Source of the DNA: Methanothermococcus sp. Ax23
Lineage (GTDB): Archaea > AGJL01 > Methanococci > Methanococcales > Methanococcaceae
NCBI RefSeq assembly: GCF_049075655.1
Contig: NZ_CP157522.1
Coordinates: 992,001 to 1,056,000 of the forward strand
Direction: 5' to 3'
Length of the DNA stretch: 64,000 nt
The number at the start of each line of letters is the position of its first letter. Positions within the stretch are counted from its first letter, which is position 1. The notes under the pieces were generated by a model that was not told the origin of the DNA, made no database searches, and saw only the letters and a list, made by a program, of their open reading frames with translations. Below, in pieces: positions 54,253-64,000 of this stretch. A program made the translations under genes and the position numbers.

Positions 54253-54514
54253 GATTTCACCTTCTATTTTATTTTTCTGTTTTATTTTTTTATTTTTTAT
54301 ATAATACGATTATTAAATTTAAATTACATAAAATATTATATTTTCATTCAATGAGATGTATTAATCTAAATTTTTTAAAGTTCTTTTTAAATGAGTCATA
54401 ATATATAAATTTAAATAATCGACATTATCTTTTAGTTGCTGAATGAATATATTAAGTGGTTATTTATATATATAGTTATTTACAATTTATTATTAGATAC
54501 GGTGGTGATGCATT

Positions 54515-54910
54515 ATGTGTATATTTTGCAAAATAGTAAATAAGGAAATTCCTGCAAAAATAATATATGAAGACGAAAATACTCTGGCGTTTTTAGATAT
54601 AAATCCAAGAAGTAAGGGGCATACTCTTGTAATACCAAAGGAACACTATGAAACATTTGATGAGCTCCCAGAAGAAACTGCTGTAAATCTGACAAAAACT
54701 ATCAAAAAAGTTGTTAATATATTAAAATCACTTAATCCCGATGGATACAATATATTAAATAATAATAAACCAATAGCAGGACAGGAAGTCCCTCATGTTC
54801 ATTTCCACATAATTCCAAGATATAATGACGAAAAGGAAGCAGTAATAAAGTTCTCTGAACCTGTAAATGTTGATTTAGATGAAGTTTCAAAAGAACTGAA
54901 TATAGAATAA
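54515..54910 (+). CDS. HIT family hydrolase
   Basis: CIFCKI, GHTLVIPK, HVHFHIIPR. Confidence 0.95.
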   Translation: MCIFCKIVNKEIPAKIIYEDENTLAFLDINPRSKGHTLVIPKEHYETFDELPEETAVNLTKTIKKVVNILKSLNPDGYNILNNNKPIAGQEVPHVHFHIIPRYNDEKEAVIKFSEPVNVDLDEVSKELNIE

Positions 54911-55009
54911 CATAACTAAAATCATTTTATATTAAATCTATTATTTTATAAAAAAATTGGAAATGCATAAAAAATTTCCTATTAATTAAAAGAAAAAAAG
55001 GTGGGAAAA

Positions 55010-55342
55010 ATGATAATCACTACAACACCTAATATTGAGGGAAAAAGAATTGTAAAATATTTAGGATTAGTTAATGGGGATGCAATAATGGGGGTAAATG
55101 TATTTAAAGACTTATTTGCTGGAATAAGAGACATCGTTGGGGGAAGGGCTGGAGCTTATGAGCGAGAGCTCGCAAAAGCGAAAGAAATAGCATTAAATGA
55201 AATGATTGAAGAAGCGAAAAAATTAGGTGCAAATGCAATCGTTGGGGTTGATTTAGATTACGAAACCGTTGGAGCAAATGGAAGTATGTTGATGGTGTCA
55301 ATAAATGGAACTGCTGTTGTGGTTGAAGATGAAAATGAATAA
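55010..55342 (+). CDS. YbjQ/UPF0145 family protein
   Basis: [28 protein letters not shown]. Confidence 0.92.
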   Translation: MIITTTPNIEGKRIVKYLGLVNGDAIMGVNVFKDLFAGIRDIVGGRAGAYERELAKAKEIALNEMIEEAKKLGANAIVGVDLDYETVGANGSMLMVSINGTAVVVEDENE

Positions 55343-55364
55343 AAAAGAAAAATAAATTATTAAA

Positions 55365-56207
55365 TTATTCCTTTAAAAATTTAGGAACTGCCAAAAATAC
55401 CCCCTTATGAACATCTTCGTCATAGTATTTTGTTTCCATATTATTAAGTTTTTCTTTAATTTTTTCAGAATCTACTTCCAATGGATTGTATTTCTTTGAA
55501 GCTAATGTGAAGCTCCAAAATCCACTTGGATATGTTGGAATGGCATATACCAATGGTTTGATTATGCTAAATCCAGCTTCTTTTAAGTAGGTCTGAATAT
55601 CTTTTATTAAATCTTTGTTAAACAGTGGGCTTTCTGTCTGCTGAACCATTACCCCGTCATCTGTTAAACATTTATATACATTTTTGTAAAATTCCTTTTC
55701 AAAAAGTCCCTTTGCAGGTCCAACTGGGTCGGGGCAATCCACAATAATTACATCGTATTTTTCCTCGGTTTCAGCAACATACTTTATTCCATCTGTGAAT
55801 ATGGTATTTACCTTTTCATTGTCGATTTCACAGCTCAATGTTGGCATGTATTTTTTACACACCTCAACAACTTTTTCATCGAGCTCTACAAAATCAACCT
55901 TTTCAACAGTCTCGTGTTTAACAACTTCTCTAACTGTTCCACCGTCCCCTCCTCCAATTACCAATACCTTTTTTGGATTTGGGTGTGTAAATAATGCAGG
56001 GTGGGATATTAACTCATGGTATATAAATTCATCCCTTTCTGTTGTTTGGTATGTGTTGTCTAATATGAGAGCTCTCCCAAACTCCTCGGTGTCTAATATC
56101 TGAATCTCCTGATATTCTGAATTTCCAGTATATAAAACATCCTTTATCTTTGTGGATAATTTAAGTGCCTTTGTTTGATACTCTGAAAACCATAATTCAC
56201 ATTTCAT
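55365..56207 (-). CDS. speE: Polyamine aminopropyltransferase (spermidine synthase)
   Basis: DEFIYHE, VIGGGDGG, VELD, DVIIVD..DP. Confidence 0.95.
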   Translation of the reverse strand: MKCELWFSEYQTKALKLSTKIKDVLYTGNSEYQEIQILDTEEFGRALILDNTYQTTERDEFIYHELISHPALFTHPNPKKVLVIGGGDGGTVREVVKHETVEKVDFVELDEKVVEVCKKYMPTLSCEIDNEKVNTIFTDGIKYVAETEEKYDVIIVDCPDPVGPAKGLFEKEFYKNVYKCLTDDGVMVQQTESPLFNKDLIKDIQTYLKEAGFSIIKPLVYAIPTYPSGFWSFTLASKKYNPLEVDSEKIKEKLNNMETKYYDEDVHKGVFLAVPKFLKE

Positions 56208-56246
56208 AATATATCCCTCTTAAAATTATATAAAAAACTTATTAAA

Positions 56247-56342
56247 TTAGATGAAATCACTTCGTGATTTCGTTGCTTTTCCGGATGATAGGGGGAAAAT
56301 TTAAAACCGTAGGTTTTAGGTCGCTTGTTACTGCAAGCAAAA
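56247..56342. repeat. Inverted double-hairpin module with a second double-hairpin module nested in it
   Basis: TTAGATGAAATCACTTCGTGATTTCGTTGCT [~44 bp: TTTCC..GGAAAA + TAAAACCGTAGGTTTTA] CGCTTG..CAAGC. Confidence 0.72.
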
Positions 56343-56376
56343 TGAAAATAAATTATATGCTAAATATATAAATGAC

Positions 56377-56730
56377 TTAATCTACAATATTTCCTCTTTT
56401 AATGTCAATAACTTCAAAATTATCAGGCTTTAAAAAAGACCTTATTGTTGGAATAGCATCCTCTGGATTCACATGCTCTCCGCAGGTGAATATGTCCATT
56501 GCAGCATATCCGAGCTCAGGCCATGTGTGTATTGATATATGACTTTCGGCAAGAACGGCAACTCCGGTAACGCCCTGTGGTGAAAATTTATGGGTTTTTA
56601 CACATATCAAAGTTGCTCCGCAAGAATCAACAGCATCTACGAGCATATTTTCAATGCCTATTTGGTCATCTAAGGCCTTGCTCTCGCATCCCCATAACTC
56701 TAAAATCAAGTGTTTTCCTAAGTGTTTCAA
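56377..56730 (-). CDS. speD: S-adenosylmethionine decarboxylase proenzyme
   Basis: [29 protein letters not shown]. Confidence 0.95.
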   Translation of the reverse strand: MKHLGKHLILELWGCESKALDDQIGIENMLVDAVDSCGATLICVKTHKFSPQGVTGVAVLAESHISIHTWPELGYAAMDIFTCGEHVNPEDAIPTIRSFLKPDNFEVIDIKRGNIVD

Positions 56731-56846
56731 TTATTTTCACCTCCTAATGTATTAAGCAGTTATTTAAATTTTTATGAAAGTTTTATTAAATGGCATATAT
56801 TTATTGAATATTATAATAGTATGTATAATAAATATTATTTATCAAA

Positions 56847-57368
56847 TTATGATTTATACCATAATGCTGCTGCGGCAAATGCACATCCTATGTTTTCTAC
56901 TGTATGTTCAGAAGCTATTGAAATGATTTTATCGATTTCCCAGCCTCTCATTTCAAATCCTTCCTTAGCCATATTTCTAACAGTATCTTCCGCCTCTTTT
57001 TTGCCGCAAACTCCTTCGTATTCCATGATAAGTCCGCACAATTCTTTATCTTTCGGAATGGCAATACTGATGGCAGCCGCTATTGTTTCTCCTTTTACAT
57101 CACTTATTTGATATCCGTATGCTGTTGGAACCAATGAACCCATTGGAATCTTTGGCAATGGTATAATATCTGCTTTTGGAGGCATGATGCTGCTGATTCT
57201 AATTAGATTTAAATTACCTATTCCTGCATCTAAAAGTGCCATGTCAAATGCATTTAATGGATTGTTTGCATCACCGACACCTGCAACAAGTGAAACTGTA
57301 TTTGGAACTTCAAATGGGGAATGAATAGGACTTTTCATGCTTGAACATCCACAAGTTTTATTATCCAT
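56847..57368 (-). CDS. pdaD: Pyruvoyl-dependent arginine decarboxylase
   Basis: [25 protein letters not shown]. Confidence 0.93.
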   Translation of the reverse strand: MDNKTCGCSSMKSPIHSPFEVPNTVSLVAGVGDANNPLNAFDMALLDAGIGNLNLIRISSIMPPKADIIPLPKIPMGSLVPTAYGYQISDVKGETIAAAISIAIPKDKELCGLIMEYEGVCGKKEAEDTVRNMAKEGFEMRGWEIDKIISIASEHTVENIGCAFAAAALWYKS

Positions 57369-57534
57369 AAAATAAAACACCTCCTATATATTGTAAATTC
57401 TAATGATTTAAATAAATTTAATAAATATTAAAAATAATTAATTTTTTAAATTGGTATATTTTTTCACATAGAATAAAATTTTCTCATATATAAAGTATTC
57501 GGTTTGGTAAAAAATGGATTATTATTGTGATATT

Positions 57535-59124
57535 ATGAAAATAATGGTAATTACTGGGAAGCAGGCGTATCAGAAAGTAAAGAACGCTGTAAAAAAATAT
57601 GATTTTATAGATGTTCATAAAACAGATATATCAATAGCTGCTTTTTTAACTCCAAATATGATTATTAATGAAATTAAATCATTGGAAAAAGAAAAAAACA
57701 TGAGATTATCAAAAATTTATGATTTCATACTAGTTACTGGATTAATTAGGCATGATTTAAAAAAAGTGGAAGAAGAAACTGGAATAAAATGTTATAAATC
57801 AACAAGAGAAGCGTCAGACATCCCTCTTTTGATAGACAACCTTAAAGATATAACATTATCTACAAAAGATTATGCCGATAACCAAATTGTAAAGTTTGTA
57901 AAGCAGAAGTCTGAGGAAGAAATAAAAAAAGCAGAGGAAAAACCAATAGATTCTAAATCAAAAAGAAATATTAAGATAGGGACTCTAAAAGTAGGGGATG
58001 ATTATCCCATGAGAGTTTTAGGTGAGATTGTCCATACTCCATGGTTAAGCGACAAAGAACTGGAAGAAAAGATAATATACTACCTAAACAGCGGTGCAGA
58101 TATGATTGATTTGGGGATGGTATCAAATGAAGACCACTCCAAAGATTTAAAAAGAATAATAACTATTGCACGAGATATAACTGATAAGCCCATAAGTGTG
58201 GATACTCTTAATACAAAGGAATTGATTGAGGCAATAAATCTTGGGATAGATATGGTATTAAGTGTTGATGCAGGGAACATTGAGGAGCTCACCCCATATT
58301 TAAAAGATGGAGACACAACAGCAGTGGTTCTCCCAACGAATTATAAAATAAATTACGTTCCTGAAACAATAGATGATAAAATAAAAAGTTTAGAGGAGAA
58401 CATAAATAAATTAATTGAAAATGATATAAAAGTCGTTGGAGACCCAATATTAGAGCCGATAAATAACAATGGATGTAATTTTACAGAAAGTGTGATTGCA
58501 TGCAAAATATTTAAGGAAAGGAATAATATTCCAATGTTTTTTGGAATAGGAAATGTTACTGAGTTATTTGATGTAGATAGCAACGGAGCTCATGCAACCC
58601 TTACTGCAATAGGTTCTGAAATTGGTGCAAATATTTTATTTACTCCTGAGGCTTCATCAAAATGTAAATTTTCAATAAAAGAGTTGAAGATTGCTACAAA
58701 AATGATGTTTTTAGCAAAAAAAAGAAATTCACTTCCAAAAGATGTTGGATTTGATTTAATTAATTACAAGGATAAGAAATTTGATGAGCTCACCACCTAT
58801 CATAACTATAAAGATATTCCCGTAATAATGGCGGAAGAAAATGAGAAGCAGATTTTAGATGAAGGTAGCTTTAAAATTGAATTAGACCGAAAAAATAAAT
58901 TGATTGTTGTCATTTACTTCGATAGAAGAAAAAATCCAAAATACATTATTAAGGGAAAAACAGCAAAGGAAATATATGAAACGGCCATAAGATACAACCT
59001 AATTAAAAAAATGGACCATGCATCATATTTAGGTAAAGAACTGCAAAAGGCTGAAATTGCTTTGAAGATTGGAAAAAAGTATAATCAGGACTTTGAATTG
59101 TTCTATAATGAGTTTTGGAAATAA
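57535..59124 (+). CDS. Dihydropteroate synthase-like protein (archaeal)
   Basis: GADMIDLG, PISVDT, DPIL, GNVTEL.DVDS.G, HASYLGKEL. Confidence 0.85.
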   Translation: MKIMVITGKQAYQKVKNAVKKYDFIDVHKTDISIAAFLTPNMIINEIKSLEKEKNMRLSKIYDFILVTGLIRHDLKKVEEETGIKCYKSTREASDIPLLIDNLKDITLSTKDYADNQIVKFVKQKSEEEIKKAEEKPIDSKSKRNIKIGTLKVGDDYPMRVLGEIVHTPWLSDKELEEKIIYYLNSGADMIDLGMVSNEDHSKDLKRIITIARDITDKPISVDTLNTKELIEAINLGIDMVLSVDAGNIEELTPYLKDGDTTAVVLPTNYKINYVPETIDDKIKSLEENINKLIENDIKVVGDPILEPINNNGCNFTESVIACKIFKERNNIPMFFGIGNVTELFDVDSNGAHATLTAIGSEIGANILFTPEASSKCKFSIKELKIATKMMFLAKKRNSLPKDVGFDLINYKDKKFDELTTYHNYKDIPVIMAEENEKQILDEGSFKIELDRKNKLIVVIYFDRRKNPKYIIKGKTAKEIYETAIRYNLIKKMDHASYLGKELQKAEIALKIGKKYNQDFELFYNEFWK

Positions 59125-59229
59125 AGACCCTATTTTATAAATTATAATTTTTTATATGTTCTATCAAATTCCACATCAAATTATATCAATTATAAAATTA
59201 ACAATATATGAATTATATCAAAACAGTAG

Positions 59230-59603
59230 CTGACCTACTCCAACGAGTGAACTCGTTGGGTTCTCGCTTACGGTAGTAAGCGAGCAACGAAATCACGAAG
59301 TGATTTCGTCTAATTTTAGTAGGGTTTAACCCTACACGGGTGGCCAAACCACTACCCCTATCCCCGTTTAGGAGATTCAGGGCTACCTTTTGAACTTCCA
59401 ACCACTACCAGCGGTAGAGTTTTCACTAACCCTACCCATAGATACTTGGACTGGTAGCGTTACTTACTATTAATCTTCTCATATTTATATTTTACTACTT
59501 ACTAGCCGATATAATGTCCGCCTCTCATCCAATCTCGTAAGAGATTTTACAAAACTATGTTTTGTATAACGATTAAAATCGTTGGCTTTCTCGGCGGTTT
59601 ATC
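59230..59603 (-). mobile_element. Non-autonomous IS200/IS605-family element (family A, copy 2)
   Basis: Matches 1048-1415; abuts TTTAC; 37-bp insertion in left-end hairpin. Confidence 0.88.
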
Positions 59604-59655
59604 GTAAAAATAGCAAACCCTAACCTAAAAAACTAAAAAAAGGAAATATTTAAAT

Positions 59656-60111
59656 TTATTCTACTAACAACCTTGCGGTTTCTGGTGAATATCTCCATTT
59701 TGCAGGCAATACTTTCGTGTTTCTGTAGTATTTTACTAACCTTCTAATTTTTGATTCAATCAATTGTAATCCTCTTCTTGAATGTATATCTCTTGGATTC
59801 TGTTCAAGGTGGTTTCTTAAATTAATTGCTCTTTTCATTAAGTTTAACAAATCTTCTGGAATTTCAGGATAAACATTGTTTTCCTTCATTATCTGGCTTA
59901 TGCTTTTTCCTGTGATTAATTTTACATCAGGAACTCCGTAGGAATCTCTTAAAATTGTTCCTATAAGTGCGGATTGTTTCCCTTCTTTAGCCATTTCTAC
60001 GATTTTGTTTTCAATTTCCTCAGCTGTCAAATTAACCCATTTAGGAGCTTCTGTCCTTAAAGGTTTCTTTGAACCGGAGGAACCTCTTTTTCTTGAATGT
60101 AGCCTTGCCAT
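59656..60111 (-). CDS. rps15: 30S ribosomal protein uS15
   Basis: [32 protein letters not shown]. Confidence 0.97.
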   Translation of the reverse strand: MARLHSRKRGSSGSKKPLRTEAPKWVNLTAEEIENKIVEMAKEGKQSALIGTILRDSYGVPDVKLITGKSISQIMKENNVYPEIPEDLLNLMKRAINLRNHLEQNPRDIHSRRGLQLIESKIRRLVKYYRNTKVLPAKWRYSPETARLLVE

Positions 60112-60425
60112 AGTATCACGCTCATCATTTTATTTTAGTTCATTCCGATGATTCCCAGTTCAAAGTCATTACGACTTCATCAAAATTATAATAATATATT
60201 ATATATAGTTTATGGTCTTAATGGTTAGTTTAATTTTAAGGTATTATGTTTATTAATAAGCAGTATTATAATTATTGTTTGATAATACTATATTAATATT
60301 GTTTTAGAATATATCTGCTATTAATAATACGCATTGCCATAACATACCTATAAAAAATGCAAATATACAATATATTAAATATATATGCTAAAATCATATT
60401 TTTAACAAATGGAGGATGTGGTTTT

Positions 60426-61730
60426 ATGGGGAATAAAATTGCTGAATATTTTGAATTTGAAAAATATAGAACAAATTTTAAAGTCGAAACATTGGCAGGG
60501 ATAACAACATTTATGACAATGGCATACATCATCTTTGTGAATCCGCAGATATTGAGCATTGCAGGAATGGATTTTGGGGCAGTTATGGTGGCAACCTGTA
60601 TAGCTTCCGCAATTGCCTCATTGATTATGGGTCTTTTTGCAAGATACCCCTTTGCACTTGCTCCGGGTATGGGATTAAATGCCTACTTCACCTTTGGTGT
60701 GTGCTTAGGTATGGGAGTTGATTGGAGAGTTGCTTTGGGGGCTGTATTTATATCTGGAATATTGTTTATAATTTTAACACTCACAAAAATAAGAACTGTG
60801 ATATTTAACGCAATTCCAAATGCCATAAAATATGGAACTGCTGTGGGTATTGGTTTGTTTATTGCGTTTATTGGATTGAAAAGTGCAGGAATTATTGTTA
60901 GTAGTGAGGCAACTTTGGTTACATTGGGTAATTTATTGGAACCTCAAACCTTGTTAGCAATGTTTGGTATATTTTTAATAGGTATTTTACTATGTAGAAA
61001 GGTAGTTGGGGCTATTTTGTGGGGTATTATAGCAATATCTTTAATTGGGATGATTCTTGGCATTTCCCCATTTCCAGAGGGTATTGTTTCGATGCCACCT
61101 TCAATAGCACCAACATTTATGCAGTTGGATGTTATGGGAGCTCTGAATTTAGGGCTACTGACAATAATATTGTCATTCTTCTTTATAGATTTATTTGATA
61201 CATTGGGAACATTAAGTGCCCTGAGCTCTCAGGCAGGTTATTTAGAGGATGGAAAATTGCCAAGGGCTGAGAAGGCATTGATGTCAGATTCCATAGGAAC
61301 AACTATCGGCTCATTGCTGGGGACTTCAACGGTTACCACATATATTGAATCTGCATCAGGTATAGCGGTTGGAGGAAGGACAGGGTTTGTTTCAGTAATT
61401 GTGGCTCTGTTGTTTTTACTTGCCATCTTTTTCCATCCAATAGTAAGTGCAATCCCAGTCTATGCAACAGCTCCTGCATTGGTTATTGTTGGAACATTGA
61501 TGATGAGCCATGTAAAAAACATAAATTGGGATGATGTTTCAGATGCTATTCCTGCATTTATAACCTTAATCACCATCCCATTAACTTACAGCATAGCAAC
61601 TGGTTTAGCGTTAGGGTTCATATCCTATCCAATATTGAAAATTGCCAGTGGAAAAGCAAAAGAAGTCCATTGGATTGTTTATATATTGGCAGCAGTCTTT
61701 GCTTTGAGATTCGTCTATTTATCAGGATAA
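60426..61730 (+). CDS. NCS2/AzgA family purine permease
   Basis: TTFMTMAYI..VNP, APGMGLNAYF, FDTLGT, YIESASG. Confidence 0.93.
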   Translation: MGNKIAEYFEFEKYRTNFKVETLAGITTFMTMAYIIFVNPQILSIAGMDFGAVMVATCIASAIASLIMGLFARYPFALAPGMGLNAYFTFGVCLGMGVDWRVALGAVFISGILFIILTLTKIRTVIFNAIPNAIKYGTAVGIGLFIAFIGLKSAGIIVSSEATLVTLGNLLEPQTLLAMFGIFLIGILLCRKVVGAILWGIIAISLIGMILGISPFPEGIVSMPPSIAPTFMQLDVMGALNLGLLTIILSFFFIDLFDTLGTLSALSSQAGYLEDGKLPRAEKALMSDSIGTTIGSLLGTSTVTTYIESASGIAVGGRTGFVSVIVALLFLLAIFFHPIVSAIPVYATAPALVIVGTLMMSHVKNINWDDVSDAIPAFITLITIPLTYSIATGLALGFISYPILKIASGKAKEVHWIVYILAAVFALRFVYLSG

Positions 61731-61911
61731 TATCTTATTTATATTTTTTTAGAGCATGGCATAACATAAATTGATTAAAAATTAAAAAAATTAAAGTTAA
61801 AAATCTATTATTATATTATTTTATTAATAAAATGATTTAAAAAAATAGGATGAGCTCTCACATAATATTAAATTTTCATATAGGTGAATTATAATTCATC
61901 ACCAATTGAAA

Positions 61912-62751
61912 TTACTCCTCATCTACTGTTGGCCTAACTCTTGCGAAGGTGATATATCCAGTATGGCCTATCATCCTCGTAGATGGTCGAGCTCCCTTTT
62001 CAGTAATTTCAATATTTCTTACAATACACTCAACAGTTTGAATATCTAAAAAGCCATGTTCCTTTAAGGCATCCACACTCTTTTTAGCCTGTTCAATGTA
62101 TGGAACATATATAGCAATTCTCCCCTTTGCCTTATTCAGTGAGTTTTTGGCATGTTCAACAACATTCCATGGGTCAGGCATATCTAAAACTATTACATCT
62201 ACATCTTTTTCTTCAATACCTTCTGTAATATCTCCGATTTTTTGAATTACATTGTATAATCCGTTATCGTTGTTATCGTTATCGGATACTTCATTTTCAT
62301 CTTCTTCATCTAATCCGATGATTTTCTGATTCTTTTTCACAGCTCCAACAATTTCTAAATTTTTTCTCGCTATCTTTGCAAATTCTGGTCTTTTTTCATA
62401 GGTAATTACTTTTCCATTCTTTCCCACAGCATTTGCAAGGTATATTGTCAGAGCTCCGGAACCTGTCCCTGCCTCTACAACAGTTTCCCCATCTTCTATT
62501 CCACAGTAGGTTAATATCATACCTATATCCTTTGGTAAAAGGGTAGTTACGCTTCTTTTCATCTTTTTTACAATGTCATAAACTGTTGGTTCAACGAGAT
62601 AAAATGTATGGTTGTTATGTGAGGTTATTGCTGTTCCCTCTTCTACATTTTCCAAATCGATTACGCCTAAATCATTTCCAAAGTTATTCACATCCTTTTT
62701 TATAAGGTATTTTTTTTCTCTTTCATCGATTATGAGCTTTTTAGTCTTCAA
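61912..62751 (-). CDS. trmI: tRNA (adenine-N1)-methyltransferase TrmI
   Basis: PKD.G, EAGTGSGALT, LDMPDPW, HTGYITF. Confidence 0.92.
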   Translation of the reverse strand: MKTKKLIIDEREKKYLIKKDVNNFGNDLGVIDLENVEEGTAITSHNNHTFYLVEPTVYDIVKKMKRSVTTLLPKDIGMILTYCGIEDGETVVEAGTGSGALTIYLANAVGKNGKVITYEKRPEFAKIARKNLEIVGAVKKNQKIIGLDEEDENEVSDNDNNDNGLYNVIQKIGDITEGIEEKDVDVIVLDMPDPWNVVEHAKNSLNKAKGRIAIYVPYIEQAKKSVDALKEHGFLDIQTVECIVRNIEITEKGARPSTRMIGHTGYITFARVRPTVDEE

Positions 62752-62798
62752 AGTTTCACCATGTATTTAATTTTATTTTATGATTTTATATATTTTAT

Positions 62799-63100
62799 CT
62801 AATGTCGGCGGGAAGACACCTCCCGTAAGGGGGATGAAGGTTCCGACAGAAAATTATAAATATCGCTATCTAAATATAACATAACTGTTGCTACTTGTGA
62901 TTAACTAAAACTACAAACCATTTAGATTTGGACTGGCTCCATAAGGAGTTTCAGGTATGCTAGATGTGGTAAGCATAGCTCGGGATTCCAATAATGGATA
63001 CTGAGTAATGGGCTTGTGAATAGCCCAGTGAGGGTGAGGATAGTATAACTCCGATGACAGACCTCACGAAGCCCATCCCGTAAGGGAAGGGGTGATTCAC
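62799..63100 (+). mobile_element. Non-autonomous IS200/IS605-family element (family B, copy 2)
   Basis: Same start CTAATGTCGGCGGGAAG after TTTAT; CCCGTAAGGG hairpin at both ends; ends GAAGCCC..TTCAC; interior differs from 44330-44633. Confidence 0.86.
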
Positions 63101-63900
63101 ATTAACTTCATTTGTATAGATTTTTTATTTTTATTATTCTTATTAGCTTTATTATTTCTATTGCTTTTATTTTCATCTTCAAATTCTTTCAATATGTTTT
63201 TGGAAGTTTTCCAACTTTTTCGAGCTATCTCAGGGAGTTCCCCATGTTCTTTAACATAATTTTTTAAATAATTTAGGGTAATTTTATCACTGGGGTATCC
63301 ACTACCTATCTCGCCGTATATTTTTTTGTAATTGTCAATGATTCTATCTCTAATAACCTTTGCTATGATTGACGCCGCAGAGACGATTTTATATTTATCA
63401 TCCGCTTTATGTTCGGCTATTATTTTAATGTTTTCATTATATACTACCAATTTAGATTTTATTTGGTTTGAAAATGCCTTTTCATTACTACTACATGCGT
63501 CAATGTATATATTTATTTTTTTATTGTTATCTACCTTATAGTTTTTATCCTTATAGTCCTTATATTCTTCCTTTAAAACGCTGTTTATCAGTTTTGAAAA
63601 TGCCATCAATTCAATTTTATTTAAGTTGGTTTTCTCCATCATTTTGTCTATGTCCTTTGCTTCAAGGATTATGCTCTTAACTTCATAATTATTCATAATG
63701 ATTTTGTAGAGCTCCTCTCTTCTATTCTTACTCAATCTCTTACTATCCTTTAATCCCAATTCATCAAGTTTTTTTAAGTCCTTTTCAGTAGCTTTAACAA
63801 GTGCAACCACCATGGGACCTAAAACAGGACCTCTTCCAGCTTCATCTAAACCTATTATTATCCCATTATTTTCATTGCCATTATACATTTTAGACCTCAT
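63097..63900 (-). CDS. rnhB: Ribonuclease HII
   Basis: GLDEAGRGPVLGP, DSK, EHKAD, SAASIIAK, GSGYPSD, C-terminal PIP-like QMKL. Confidence 0.95.
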   Translation of the reverse strand: MRSKMYNGNENNGIIIGLDEAGRGPVLGPMVVALVKATEKDLKKLDELGLKDSKRLSKNRREELYKIIMNNYEVKSIILEAKDIDKMMEKTNLNKIELMAFSKLINSVLKEEYKDYKDKNYKVDNNKKINIYIDACSSNEKAFSNQIKSKLVVYNENIKIIAEHKADDKYKIVSAASIIAKVIRDRIIDNYKKIYGEIGSGYPSDKITLNYLKNYVKEHGELPEIARKSWKTSKNILKEFEDENKSNRNNKANKNNKNKKSIQMKLM

Positions 63901-64000
63901 TAATAATAAATAAAATTAAAAATACAAAAAATTAATATACTTTAAGATAATATTATAATTTGCAGTTGATTTGGTGATACTGCATTAGACAATCCCACCT

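Overview
AT-rich archaeal chromosome segment from a diazotrophic member of the Methanococcales (Methanothermococcus-like, judged from NifH and marker proteins). It carries a trpCDEGFB-(PII fusion)-A operon, a nif cluster (nifH-I1-I2-D-K-orf-fdx-E-N-orf, with nifB nearby), pstSCAB-phoU, polyamine genes (pdaD, speD, speE), tes, gltX, argS, ppsA, rqc2 and ribosome-biogenesis genes. The top finding is an unannotated 32-codon ORF ending W-R-W-W-stop, with its own promoter, RBS, alternative hairpins and U-tracts, directly upstream of trpC: a candidate archaeal trp leader peptide/attenuator. Other highlights: a PII-domain fusion gene inside the trp operon; four non-autonomous IS200/IS605 elements retaining omegaRNA-like right ends (one disrupts sfsA, two swap a host TAA stop for their own TGA); a family of 37-57 bp double-hairpin modules inserted in frame in trpC, trpD and gltX and nested in other elements; strong GAGCTC over-representation; a HypC-like gene at the end of the nif operon; paired palindromes upstream of tes. 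No rRNA, tRNA or CRISPR array was seen. All calls are by eye, without database searches.
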